The translations under genes were made by a program, and so were the position numbers. From a virus (taxonomy: Duplodnaviria; Caudoviricetes): a stretch of DNA of 36,762 nucleotides. The stretch's first letter is position 1, and each line of letters opens with the position of its first letter. Below are positions 6,974 through 15,632 of this stretch, piece by piece. The DNA is taken from positions 1 to 36,762 of the IMG/VR virus record IMGVR_UViG_3300025325_000084. One strand, given 5' to 3'. Under the pieces are notes generated by a model. It worked only from the letters and a program-made list of their open reading frames with translations, had not been told where the DNA came from and did no database searches.

Positions 6974-7665
6974 AACATCTCCTTTCCTATTCCTAGATTA
7001 TTCCAGCATATATTCTTAAATACACAACCACCACATATATTTTTATAAAGTCCAACGGGAGGAAATTTCTTAGATCTAATTCTAGAAATCATGGTTGGTA
7101 AAATATGAGTTAATAAAATATCCTCTGCATCTTTTTTGTAATCAAATCTAAATAGTTTTGAATCATTTAAAGACACATAAAATATATCTGATGGTGGATT
7201 TCCATAAAGATACTTAAACGCATATCTGTATAGAATAAATTGTGGATCATAACTAAGATTTTTGGGAAAACTTTTTGATGTTTTCCAGTCTAGAATCAGT
7301 GTTCCGGAAACTATTCTGTCTATTTTACCAACCAGTTTCACATTCTTTCCATAAAGAGGGATGGAGAAATACTTTTCAATTTCATCCCCCGGAGATAGCA
7401 TGGATCTAAAGCTATTAAAATAATTATCTAACATTCTCTCTGCTAAACTAATATCAAAATCAAACAGCCTGTATTCGTCCTGTAAGTATTCTAGTCCAGC
7501 GGGAAGATTATCCCAAAACTTTTCTATAGCTGCATGGATTACCTTACCTAAGATCATTTCAGGTGTAGATATAGATTCATCTGAATGATACCTTCTGTAA
7601 TACCACTTAGCATCACAAGCTATGAAATCCTTTATATTAGATGCTGACAATAAAATATCATCCAC
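6970..7665 (-). CDS. PD-(D/E)XK RecB/Cas4-like exonuclease
   Basis: LSAS, G..IH, E, GKIDRI, ILDWKT, QFILY; Cys pattern C...CxxCxxxxxC. Confidence 0.9.
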   Translation of the reverse strand: MDDILLSASNIKDFIACDAKWYYRRYHSDESISTPEMILGKVIHAAIEKFWDNLPAGLEYLQDEYRLFDFDISLAERMLDNYFNSFRSMLSPGDEIEKYFSIPLYGKNVKLVGKIDRIVSGTLILDWKTSKSFPKNLSYDPQFILYRYAFKYLYGNPPSDIFYVSLNDSKLFRFDYKKDAEDILLTHILPTMISRIRSKKFPPVGLYKNICGGCVFKNICWNNLGIGKEML

Positions 7666-8039
7666 TATAATAAACCAGCTCTCTTATTGGATGATTCAGT
7701 TTGATAAATAGAAACTATATCTCTATAAACTTGAAAAGTTAACTTGGCTTCCTCCAAGCTAGATGTAACTTGAACAAGTCTAGAACGGAGTGGAAGAATC
7801 TCTCCATTTATTCCAGTATACTTAACTGTAAGCTTTAAGTATTCCATAGATGGGGGCTTCTTATCTCCTGACATAGCTATCGCTGTTACAATACTTGCAG
7901 CTTCTTTTGCTGATATTTCATTATCTAAAGATAGCTTTTCTAAAGTTAGTTGTCCAATCTTAGATGCTAATTTAGTCATTTCTTCAAAATCTGGTGGTCT
8001 TACAGTACTCATTTTATTTCTCCTTTCCGTAGAGTTCAT
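7665..8039 (-). CDS. Coiled-coil hypothetical protein (UvsY-like by context; start probably 8012)
   Basis: Helical protein between the resolvase and the exonuclease; SD AAGGAG before MSTVRPP. Confidence 0.45.
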   Translation of the reverse strand: MNSTERRNKMSTVRPPDFEEMTKLASKIGQLTLEKLSLDNEISAKEAASIVTAIAMSGDKKPPSMEYLKLTVKYTGINGEILPLRSRLVQVTSSLEEAKLTFQVYRDIVSIYQTESSNKRAGLL

Positions 8040-8442
8040 TTAATTCCATAGACATAGCTGTGATTAAATTAAGTAAATCAACTAATACTTCTAAGTCCAT
8101 AACAGCAAAATTTTCAACTCCTGATCTTGATCCTGAAAACCTACACATCAATAAGGGAATATCATAAGTCATAGCTGCCTCATCTGCAATCTTATCTAAC
8201 CACTCTTTCTTAAGAGTTAGTTGTTTAGATCCTCCATACCCTACTTTAGCTTCTATCCTAAAGTTTTGACTAATTCCTTCTACCTTTCCTTTTACATCTG
8301 AAGTCAAAGCTGGTTCTCCTAAAAGTGTTCCCATAGCTCCTGATGCTGGAATTCTTTTGAAGTTAGCCTTCTGCAACTTCTTGTTGAGCAGGTTCACTAA
8401 CTCTCTTTCCCAATTGCTTCCCTTGATTTTTTGTTTGTTCAT
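8014..8442 (-). CDS. Holliday junction resolvase (Hjc-like PD-(D/E)XK)
   Basis: KGSNWERELVNLL, RIPASGA, SDV, IEAK. Confidence 0.85.
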   Translation of the reverse strand: MNKQKIKGSNWERELVNLLNKKLQKANFKRIPASGAMGTLLGEPALTSDVKGKVEGISQNFRIEAKVGYGGSKQLTLKKEWLDKIADEAAMTYDIPLLMCRFSGSRSGVENFAVMDLEVLVDLLNLITAMSMELNELYGKEK

Positions 8443-9775
8443 GTTTATCCTTAGATAGATATAATGGAATACCCGACATTATATCTGAAATTCTATTTGT
8501 CTCCTCGTTGAATATCAACATAAGTGTTCCGGTTGGCCCATTCCTCTGTTTCATAATTATATGTTCTATTTCATCTGATTTGGAATTCTTTACATAATAC
8601 TTTTCTCTATACAATCCAATAACAACATCGGCATCTTCCTCTAAATTTCCGGACTGTCTTAGATCGGATAGAATTGGATGCTTATCATCTCTAATCTCCA
8701 CAAGCCTGTTTAGCTGTGAAACTATAACTATTGCAATATCTAATTCAACAGCTAGAAGCTTTAATCTTCTAGAAAATTTTCCCAATTCGTGTGTAGAATT
8801 GGAATCCCTTTCTGCCAAAATCTGTATATAATCTATATATACAATATCTACATCATACTGTCGTTTATATTTTCTAATCGTATTTTCTATATAATCTATT
8901 GATGGAGTAAATTTAGTATCTAAATAAATAGGATATTCTTTAATAGTATCTAGGGATTTTATAATTCTTTCCATCTCATGTTCTAATAAAATTCCAGATC
9001 TAATTCCTACAAATAAAGATACACCAGATTCAATTGCTACTAATCTTTCTCCTAATTCTTGCTTACTCATCTCTAGAGAAAATACTAAAGGTTTATATCC
9101 TGCTCTAGCTTGATTAACAATAAGATTGCAAACACTTGCTGTTTTTCCCTGCCCAGGCCTACCACAAATAATCCATAAGTTACTTCTATTTATTCCAGAA
9201 GTAAAAGCATCTAGTTGTTTATATCCAGTAGTAATTCCTCTGATAACACCTTTATGTTCTGCTCTATATTTGATCTCGTCTAGTATTTTAGGAACAATAG
9301 ACGACATTGGAACAACACTTTCACTTCCCAAATTCTCAGATAATCTATCCAACTCATTCCTAAAACCAGCAATTAATTCATCTATCTTGGGAGTCGAAGT
9401 TACTTTATTATAAATATCTGATGTAATTGTTATTAATGTTCTGGCTTTAAAACCGTTTACTACAATGTTTTCGTAAGCAGGAAACGAATTAGGATCTGCA
9501 TTCATTCCCCATAAGTAATCTATTTGTTCCTTAGGATCTATTTGTCCTCTATCTTTAGAAAAATAATATGGATAACTTTTAAGTAAATCATAAGTTGGTG
9601 TGGTATCACTTCTATGATAATCAATAATAGCTCTAAATATATCTCTATTAGGCACAGAGCTAAGCATTTCTGGTTTCAGAAAAGAAATTTCAAAATATTT
9701 CTCAGGATGTTTTATTAAAATACTTAATAAATTATTTTCAGCATAGATACTAGAATCAAATAAGTTTTCACTCAT
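8363..9775 (-). CDS. dnaB: DnaB-like replicative helicase
   Basis: AE..LL N-domain, GITTGY, GRPGQGKT, FSLEMS, IDYIQ, SQLNR, DLRQSGNLEEDAD, KQRNGPTG. Confidence 0.97.
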   Translation of the reverse strand: MSENLFDSSIYAENNLLSILIKHPEKYFEISFLKPEMLSSVPNRDIFRAIIDYHRSDTTPTYDLLKSYPYYFSKDRGQIDPKEQIDYLWGMNADPNSFPAYENIVVNGFKARTLITITSDIYNKVTSTPKIDELIAGFRNELDRLSENLGSESVVPMSSIVPKILDEIKYRAEHKGVIRGITTGYKQLDAFTSGINRSNLWIICGRPGQGKTASVCNLIVNQARAGYKPLVFSLEMSKQELGERLVAIESGVSLFVGIRSGILLEHEMERIIKSLDTIKEYPIYLDTKFTPSIDYIENTIRKYKRQYDVDIVYIDYIQILAERDSNSTHELGKFSRRLKLLAVELDIAIVIVSQLNRLVEIRDDKHPILSDLRQSGNLEEDADVVIGLYREKYYVKNSKSDEIEHIIMKQRNGPTGTLMLIFNEETNRISDIMSGIPLYLSKDKHEQTKNQGKQLGKRVSEPAQQEVAEG

Positions 9776-10109
9776 AGTTGGCTAGTATCCTTTTTCCATA
9801 TTCCGTATTTGCCAAATCCTCATACACTGTCTCCTGTTTTTTCTCTTTAGACATTCTTATTAACATGCCATTAAGTAATTGTGGATAATTATCTACTGTT
9901 AAGTTTGGGTATCCCAAAACTACAAGTAATCCATTAAATGTTTCTACTCTTCCATACAATCTAATAAGTCTCCCAAAAATTCCTATATCTTTTGTAGATA
10001 CCTTATCTGTAATATTTAAGGACACATATAGAAATTTAGCTAGAGCAAATTGAGGTTTCTTAGATTCCTTTAGTGTATTTTCAAAACCGTAGATAACAGA
10101 TTCTTCCAA
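9768..10109 (-). CDS. Hypothetical protein upstream of helicase (possible loader/initiator accessory)
   Basis: TTG start with SD AAGGAG; overlaps the dnaB start. Confidence 0.6.
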   Translation of the reverse strand: MEESVIYGFENTLKESKKPQFALAKFLYVSLNITDKVSTKDIGIFGRLIRLYGRVETFNGLLVVLGYPNLTVDNYPQLLNGMLIRMSKEKKQETVYEDLANTEYGKRILANYE

Positions 10110-10130
10110 GTTTTCTCCTTTATATCATCT

Positions 10131-10238
10131 AGAGAGGCAGGGATTTACGCCCATTTCTTTATAGTAAGCACCTTTACGTATGCCTCGGTTCGTTTGCCTT
10201 TTCCGTCATACAACTTCAGTACGCCTGTTACGCTCTCT
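10131..10238 (-). ncRNA. Candidate structured RNA unit A
   Basis: Terminal helix AGAGAG/CTCTCT extended by CAGG/CCTG, internal GTATG/CATAC arm, 3' GGG-CGTAAAT-CCC T-arm-like element. Confidence 0.4.
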
Positions 10239-10242
10239 CCAA

Positions 10243-10357
10243 GTAGATAGGTGGGATTTGAACCCTGTACTCCCAAGTTGGTTAGTATCCAGTCTGATGT
10301 GGGCAATTTATGGGTCATGACTCCCTACCAACTAGCGGATTCCACATCACTATCTAC
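10243..10357 (-). ncRNA. Candidate tRNA/tmRNA-like RNA unit B
   Basis: 8-bp terminal helix GTAGATAG/CTATCTAC, T-arm GGG-TTCAAAT-CCC, long arm AGTTGGT/ACCAACT in place of D and anticodon arms. Confidence 0.6.
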
Positions 10358-10360
10358 AGC

Positions 10361-10453
10361 AGTCTGGCAGGTGGGGTATCTGGCTACGGCTTTACCAATA
10401 TTTCCCACAACCGACTAGGCCTCCCATTCTCCTTTTACTTTCCTTACCAGACT
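10361..10453 (-). ncRNA. Candidate structured RNA unit C
   Basis: 9-bp terminal helix AGTCTGGTA/TGCCAGACT (one G-U), 3' arm GTGGG/CCCAC + TGGT/GCCA, purine-rich unpaired 5' segment. Confidence 0.45.
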
Positions 10454-10467
10454 CTAGACAGATTATC

Positions 10468-10547
10468 GAGCCGCTGAAGTACAGTGTACTTCCATTCTAA
10501 ACCAGCTAAGATTGTTAGAGCTGCCACCCTCTACTTAGCCACGACCC
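10468..10547 (-). ncRNA. Candidate structured RNA unit D
   Basis: 7-bp terminal helix GGGTCGT/GCGGCTC (3 G-U), arm GCTAAG/CTTAGC + TAGAG/CTCTA, arm GAAGTAC/GTACTTC. Confidence 0.5.
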
Positions 10548-10555
10548 AATATTTC

Positions 10556-11335
10556 TTATGCAAACAATTCATCTATTTTCTTTTCTACTTCTTCTACGGT
10601 TAGTTTTGATTCTGCTACTTCTGGTTCATCCATCATGATATTTCTAGCTGCGAAAATATCTCTTACAGACACTCCTCGCATTCTTTTTTCCATCTCATCA
10701 GCGGAGAGTCTTAATACAACATTATCCAAATCAAATAGAGCATCATCTGGAACTTCTACTTTATCTCTTCCATCTCCAGGTAAGGGTAGGGTTGTATTGC
10801 CTACTACATGAAGATTTAGATCAAAGTTATTAATTCCTAAAGGTTCTTTATTTGCATCAAGTGTAGTTAATTCTAAATTAGTAATAGCATCAAATACACT
10901 TTTAGCTCTTGAAAATACTTTAACTTGGTTGAGTGGTTGGACTGGAACTTCTGTCAATATCGTACCACATTCAGGACATACAGCAGAGAACATGCTATTC
11001 ACTGACTTATTTTCCTTACCGCACTTGGGACAGATTTTAGTATTAGTTCTGTCCAATACATTTACAGCTCCTCTAGTTTGTCTCCAGTTAAATCCGTTTA
11101 CTTTCTTAGCTGCGTTGAAATCTCCATTTACCTGAGCTAGAATCTTTCTGTTGTGCTGGCATTGAGGGCACTCATCTTCCCCCAAACAAAGAATACCACC
11201 ACCGATCCAATGCTGATCGTATTCAACATAATCAGAGTTTAAGACTCTAACCACATGCTGTCCAGCCGGTAAATCCATAAATTGAGTTTTCTTGAAGTTT
11301 TTAGCTTCTTTCTTTTCGCTAACATGAAATGGCAT
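10556..11335 (-). CDS. gp32-like single-stranded DNA-binding protein with Zn-ribbon insertion
   Basis: F..L..G..VVRVL, HW...CL....CP.C, NVLDR, extra CPKC...CPEC, acidic C-tail ending IDELFA; downstream of recA. Confidence 0.75.
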   Translation of the reverse strand: MPFHVSEKKEAKNFKKTQFMDLPAGQHVVRVLNSDYVEYDQHWIGGGILCLGEDECPQCQHNRKILAQVNGDFNAAKKVNGFNWRQTRGAVNVLDRTNTKICPKCGKENKSVNSMFSAVCPECGTILTEVPVQPLNQVKVFSRAKSVFDAITNLELTTLDANKEPLGINNFDLNLHVVGNTTLPLPGDGRDKVEVPDDALFDLDNVVLRLSADEMEKRMRGVSVRDIFAARNIMMDEPEVAESKLTVEEVEKKIDELFA

Positions 11336-11338
11336 TTT

Positions 11339-11623
11339 CTAATCCTCCTTGATCATTTGTTTGATTTTTTCCATTGTTGAATTTCTATTTGCGTCTAATA
11401 ACGCTAATGATTCTTCTAAATCCATTTGATCTAATTGTCCTTTTAGTATTAAGTATCGTCTATATGTTCTCTCCAATTCTAGAAGCTGTAATAGTTTTAC
11501 CTGCGATATAAAATCCTCCTTCTCCAGAAGCCTATCTGGAATCTCACTTAATGATTCTGAAACTCTTAGAGTATTGAATTCACTTAGTTTGAAAACCCTT
11601 TCCGTTGTAACAGACCTTTGCAT
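11339..11623 (-). CDS. Hypothetical protein
   Basis: SD AAGGAG; tiles the operon. Confidence 0.65.
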   Translation of the reverse strand: MQRSVTTERVFKLSEFNTLRVSESLSEIPDRLLEKEDFISQVKLLQLLELERTYRRYLILKGQLDQMDLEESLALLDANRNSTMEKIKQMIKED

Positions 11624-11626
11624 AAT

Positions 11627-11779
11627 TTACTCCTTAGGAAAAATGCTAGTCATATAAGTCCCAACAATTCCAAGAGCTAGTAAAGAAAGTATACCTAAAA
11701 ATACTCCAAATTGTTGAAAGACGAGTATAGAAAATAATCCCGCCAATATAAAATATGCAATTAGTAAAATATATTTCAT
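11627..11779 (-). CDS. Small 50-aa two-TM membrane protein
   Basis: Manual translation MKYILLIAYFILAGLFSILVFQQFGVFLGILSLLALGIVGTYMTSIFPKE; ATGA overlap with recA. Confidence 0.65.
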   Translation of the reverse strand: MKYILLIAYFILAGLFSILVFQQFGVFLGILSLLALGIVGTYMTSIFPKE

Positions 11780-12801
11780 TCAACATCTCCTTCCAAGATT
11801 TCATCATTATCTGGTTGAATTCTAGTGTAACGATTAGCTATATTATAACATGCTTCTCTAATCTTGTCAAGTACTTCCGGATTATCTCTTATATAATTCA
11901 TAGATTTGATCATACCCATCCCTAGCTTCTCTTCACCAAAATACATATAAGCTCCTCTAGCTTTGACAACTCCCAGTCTCTTAGCAAATTCTATTGCATC
12001 TCTGTAGGTATCTATTCCGGAATCAAACATCAATGGAAAAGAACCAGATCTATAGGGAGGGGCTAGTTTATTCTTATTGATTACATACTTGCATTGAACT
12101 CCAGTTATTTCTTCTCCTACTGTATATTTCTCTCCAACTGTTAGCAATATTACTACAGATGAATAATGTTTAAGTGCATACCCTCCTGGATAATCGTATC
12201 CTCCGTGATAACTACCAATCTTAGCTCTGACTTGATTGACAAAAATTAATGCTACATTACTATTCATAATTCCATACATATTTCTTCTAAAGAATGATGT
12301 AAGAATTCCAGCAGTTAGAGCTATGTTTCTATCCTCTAATTTCTTTTTCTTTTCAATCTCTGGAGCTAAGGCAGCTACAGAATCAACAATAATAACATCA
12401 AAGTAACCCGATTCTAAACCTAATTCTTTATCTCCATGAATAAAATCTTCTGCTAAATTGAGAGCATCCTCAGCTGTTTCTGGTTGTACAATCAGTAAAC
12501 CACTTGTATCACCAACAATCTTTTCAGCTCGATCATACTCCAAACTATTCTCTACATCAATATAAGCTACCCTTTCCCCGTTAGCGATTGCATTTCTAGC
12601 TATCTCTAAACATAGAGAAGTTTTACCAGAACTATAAGGCCCAAAGATTGTAGTAACTTTCCCTTTAGGAATTCCACCAATTCCTGTAGAAACATCTAAA
12701 GAAAATGATCCAGTAGATATAGATTCTACACTGGTAGAATCGGATAAAATAATTAGACTTGGAAACTTCTTAGATATTTTATCTACTAAAGTATCCGTCA
12801 T
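11776..12801 (-). CDS. recA: RecA/UvsX-like recombinase
   Basis: STGSFSLD..GIGGIP.G, GPYSSGKT, IIVDSVAAL, FVNQVR, PGGYALKHY, KNKLAPPY. Confidence 0.95.
   Translation of the reverse strand: MTDTLVDKISKKFPSLIILSDSTSVESISTGSFSLDVSTGIGGIPKGKVTTIFGPYSSGKTSLCLEIARNAIANGERVAYIDVENSLEYDRAEKIVGDTSGLLIVQPETAEDALNLAEDFIHGDKELGLESGYFDVIIVDSVAALAPEIEKKKKLEDRNIALTAGILTSFFRRNMYGIMNSNVALIFVNQVRAKIGSYHGGYDYPGGYALKHYSSVVILLTVGEKYTVGEEITGVQCKYVINKNKLAPPYRSGSFPLMFDSGIDTYRDAIEFAKRLGVVKARGAYMYFGEEKLGMGMIKSMNYIRDNPEVLDKIREACYNIANRYTRIQPDNDEILEGDVE
11842..11870 (-). promoter_or_regulatory. Perfect sigma70/sigmaA consensus promoter inside the recA 3' end
   Basis: TTGACA-N17-TATAAT with extended -10 TG. Confidence 0.75.
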
Positions 12802-12802
12802 T

Positions 12803-13198
12803 TTACTTTTTATTCCTTTTTAGGTATTTTCTAGTGTGCCAACAGATGAGTATGTCTCTGATCGTTGGAGTTTGCTCGTTGCTCCACTCACCAGCTATTG
12901 CGTTTTCTCCAGCACGAACGACAACATAGTAAACTAGGTCGTGTGGCAACCTGTATGCTAACCACTGCCAGAAGCTAGCCAACAATTCTTCTAACCATGT
13001 TCTATTTGACATCTGATCCTCCAGTTTCTCCCAATCTTCCATAGAATCAAGGACTGGTAGTACAATTTTTAACCAACCTTTATATGCTTTTCCTTCCGGA
13101 GAAAAATCATTTGAACCTCCGCACCAAATGAGTGCTTCTTGCATTTTACGGATTAAACCTTTAACATCACTAGCATCAATTACTAAATTTTGTTTCAT
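12803..13198 (-). CDS. Two-domain hypothetical protein with in-frame internal start at 13012
   Basis: Internal GGAGG-N5-ATG; C-half similar to ORF 18915-19103. Confidence 0.65.
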   Translation of the reverse strand: MKQNLVIDASDVKGLIRKMQEALIWCGGSNDFSPEGKAYKGWLKIVLPVLDSMEDWEKLEDQMSNRTWLEELLASFWQWLAYRLPHDLVYYVVVRAGENAIAGEWSNEQTPTIRDILICWHTRKYLKRNKK

Positions 13199-13395
13199 TT
13201 CATCACTACAAAGAATCTTTCGTCTGGTTCTTCACCCAGGCTTCCAAGTCGTTCAACAGTCACAATTAAATCATCTAGATTATATTCTTTAATGTTTGTA
13301 ACTATTACATCATTCCACATTCCTAATGTGAAGGGAACTAACTCTCCCGTTCGTTTACTTTTAACTACACAGACTGGAATATCATCCCTGTTCAT
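13195..13395 (-). CDS. Hypothetical protein
   Basis: SD AGGAGG. Confidence 0.6.
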   Translation of the reverse strand: MNRDDIPVCVVKSKRTGELVPFTLGMWNDVIVTNIKEYNLDDLIVTVERLGSLGEEPDERFFVVMK

Positions 13396-13406
13396 ACATA
13401 CCTCCT

Positions 13407-15305
13407 TTATTTTTTAATCCATCGATCACTTATATCCCCATCTACAGCAGGAGAAATACTTTTTAGAAATCTTGATTCTGCATTTAGCATACATCCAATG
13501 ATAAAATCTAAAGCCCCTTCTGCAATCTCATTACCAACTTCAGCGACAATTTCATCATGTACTATTAAAATTAACTTTAGTTTATCACCAAATGGATTAT
13601 TATAATAAATATAATTACAAGCCATCTTCAGCATATCAGCACCACTACCCTGAATAAGATGATTAAATCCCTCTCTTCGAATAGCTCTGATTTCTTTTCT
13701 ATATTCCCACTTGTCAATATACAATCCTTTGGTTCTAAAGTATCTTCTTCTTCCTGTAAGAGTAACTGAATAACCTTTATCAAGAACAGTATCCTGAAAT
13801 CTATTCATAAAGGGAGTAAGAGTTGGATAACCTTCTCTTACAGATTCTAGCATGGATCTGGCTTCTTCAATCGGAATTCCTAGATTGTAGGACAATCCCC
13901 ATTCTGTAGAACCATACAAGATTGCAAAATTTACTGACTTAGCTAGATTTCTTTCTTCCTTCACAATCTCTGCAATACTCTTACGAGTAACTGTAGTTGC
14001 TGTGGATGTATGCATATCCACACCATTAGCATAAGCTTCAATAATTACTTCGTCACCAGAGATATCTCCAGCTAATCTATACTCTTGTTGATTATAATCC
14101 ACCACAATTATCTTTTTTCCTTTTGGAGCTACGAAACATTCCCTATAATCACTTTCTCTAGGAATATTTTGCATATTAGGTTCTTTACTACTAGTCCTTC
14201 CAGATAGAGCTCCGAATGGATGAATATCTGAGTGTATTCTTCCAGTCTTAGGATGGATATGTTCTAAGAATTTAGTACCATAAGATGTATCTTTTTTATC
14301 ATACATTCCCATTTCTATAGCAGAAACTAGAATGGGAAACTTATCTTTAAGTTCTTTGAGTACTTTTTTATTTGTAGCTTCAGCTTCAATTCCAACCATG
14401 TTCAATAAATTCTTTAACTGTTGAGGAGAATTTAAATTTATATTTCTTTCGATAAAGGTAAGAAAAGCACTTGGATCTGTAAGCATATTCATAGCAACCT
14501 TGGACTTTTTAGTTGTTAAAGATACACCATCAACATCTTTTCTAATCTCAATTCTTTCAACAATCTCAGCTAGGTTATTAAACTTCTTCCAATCTATGTT
14601 CTTGATAAAGTAATCCAGTACTTCTTTTCTAACATCTTCATATTTCTTAGCAGATTGGGTATCTAAATCTAACCATTTACTTGAGTCTAATAAAATCCCA
14701 TTTAACATCATATCCGATACTACAGGAATAAACTCCATATCAATTTGATAAGCTTCCAACTGTTTAGATTCTTTAATTAAATCTAATTGTTTGTGATAAA
14801 TTTCCTCTAGGTATTCTACATCATTAGCTGCATACTCTAACTGTTCCAAAGTAAAATCATCTTCTAAATTATCAACAAAAGATTCTTGTTCAGATTTATC
14901 TATAGTAATATTACAGTATTTATCCACTAGATAAAGCAAGCTGAAGTATCTTCTTCCTATTCCATTAAGAATCATTACTTCAGCTATCATTGTATCATGC
15001 ACATTTTTAAGCATGATATTAGTATTATTTTTTATAACTTGTAAATCATATCTAGCATTTTGAATAATTATTAGTTTATTTGTATCAGATATTAAACTGA
15101 TAATATATTCTAAGTATCTATATCCCAATTTCTTAAGATCAAATATATAAATTTTATTATTTATTTTTACTTGTAATAATCTAACTACAGCTTCTAACTC
15201 ATCTAGAGAAGTAGTTTCTGTATCTAAGCTAATAATATCCGTTAAGATCAGATCATTTTGAAAATTTACTATATAGCTTTGATTCTCTATCAAAGTAAAA
15301 TTCAT
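13407..15305 (-). CDS. polA: Family A DNA polymerase with 3'-5' exonuclease domain
   Basis: ExoI LDTETT, ExoII NARYD, ExoIII YAAND, SGRTSS.EPNMQNIP, motif A DYNQQEYR, motif B RNLAKSVNFAILYG, motif C VHDEI. Confidence 0.97.
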   Translation of the reverse strand: MNFTLIENQSYIVNFQNDLILTDIISLDTETTSLDELEAVVRLLQVKINNKIYIFDLKKLGYRYLEYIISLISDTNKLIIIQNARYDLQVIKNNTNIMLKNVHDTMIAEVMILNGIGRRYFSLLYLVDKYCNITIDKSEQESFVDNLEDDFTLEQLEYAANDVEYLEEIYHKQLDLIKESKQLEAYQIDMEFIPVVSDMMLNGILLDSSKWLDLDTQSAKKYEDVRKEVLDYFIKNIDWKKFNNLAEIVERIEIRKDVDGVSLTTKKSKVAMNMLTDPSAFLTFIERNINLNSPQQLKNLLNMVGIEAEATNKKVLKELKDKFPILVSAIEMGMYDKKDTSYGTKFLEHIHPKTGRIHSDIHPFGALSGRTSSKEPNMQNIPRESDYRECFVAPKGKKIIVVDYNQQEYRLAGDISGDEVIIEAYANGVDMHTSTATTVTRKSIAEIVKEERNLAKSVNFAILYGSTEWGLSYNLGIPIEEARSMLESVREGYPTLTPFMNRFQDTVLDKGYSVTLTGRRRYFRTKGLYIDKWEYRKEIRAIRREGFNHLIQGSGADMLKMACNYIYYNNPFGDKLKLILIVHDEIVAEVGNEIAEGALDFIIGCMLNAESRFLKSISPAVDGDISDRWIKK

Positions 15306-15455
15306 TTATTATCCTTTCTTTTATAAAAAATTTTATATCAAGACTCCTCAGCTAGAAATATTTTTTTCAGCTGATCTCTTAATCATTATAACAAAGAAAA
15401 CTATTTTAAACTTTGTATTTATTGTTTGAGCTATAACCATCTAATTTAATAGAAC

Positions 15456-15632
15456 GTGCTGTGGGTAGCTCTTTGTAGCACCACTCGCTCTAAGAGCGAG
15501 ATGACTCAGGTCTAGTTTTACTCTAGTGCCACACTCCATAACTAGTACAGTCCAGGCATAACGGATTACTCCGTACTTTCCTAAGCTCTAAAGAGCAGTA
15601 GTACTCGCTAGTCTTTTCACCTGTCATCTGAG
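15456..15632 (-). other. Multibranched structured non-coding segment (ncRNA/leader or origin-associated)
   Basis: Hairpins CTCGCTC/GAGCGAG, ACGGA-GTAA-TCCGT (GNRA loop on minus strand), GCTC/GAGC; long-range AGATGAC-AGGT/ACCT-GA-GTCATCT. Confidence 0.45.

Noticed and set aside
6970-7665. Cas4-like nuclease as a sign of CRISPR-Cas
   Set aside because: No repeat-spacer array or other cas genes; context is the phage recombination module
10175-10198. GCAAACGAA...TAA (ANEPRHT*) resembling a tmRNA tag start
   Set aside because: No typical upstream resume context, no hydrophobic/AA C-terminus and no recognisable pseudoknots; likely chance
10145-10318. 57-aa minus-strand ORF (MTHKLPTSDW...TIKKWA) spanning RNA units B and A
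   Set aside because: The SD-like AGGGAG is only 2 nt from the ATG, and the frame runs through a T-loop and terminal helices. Kept only as the competing hypothesis for the RNA array.
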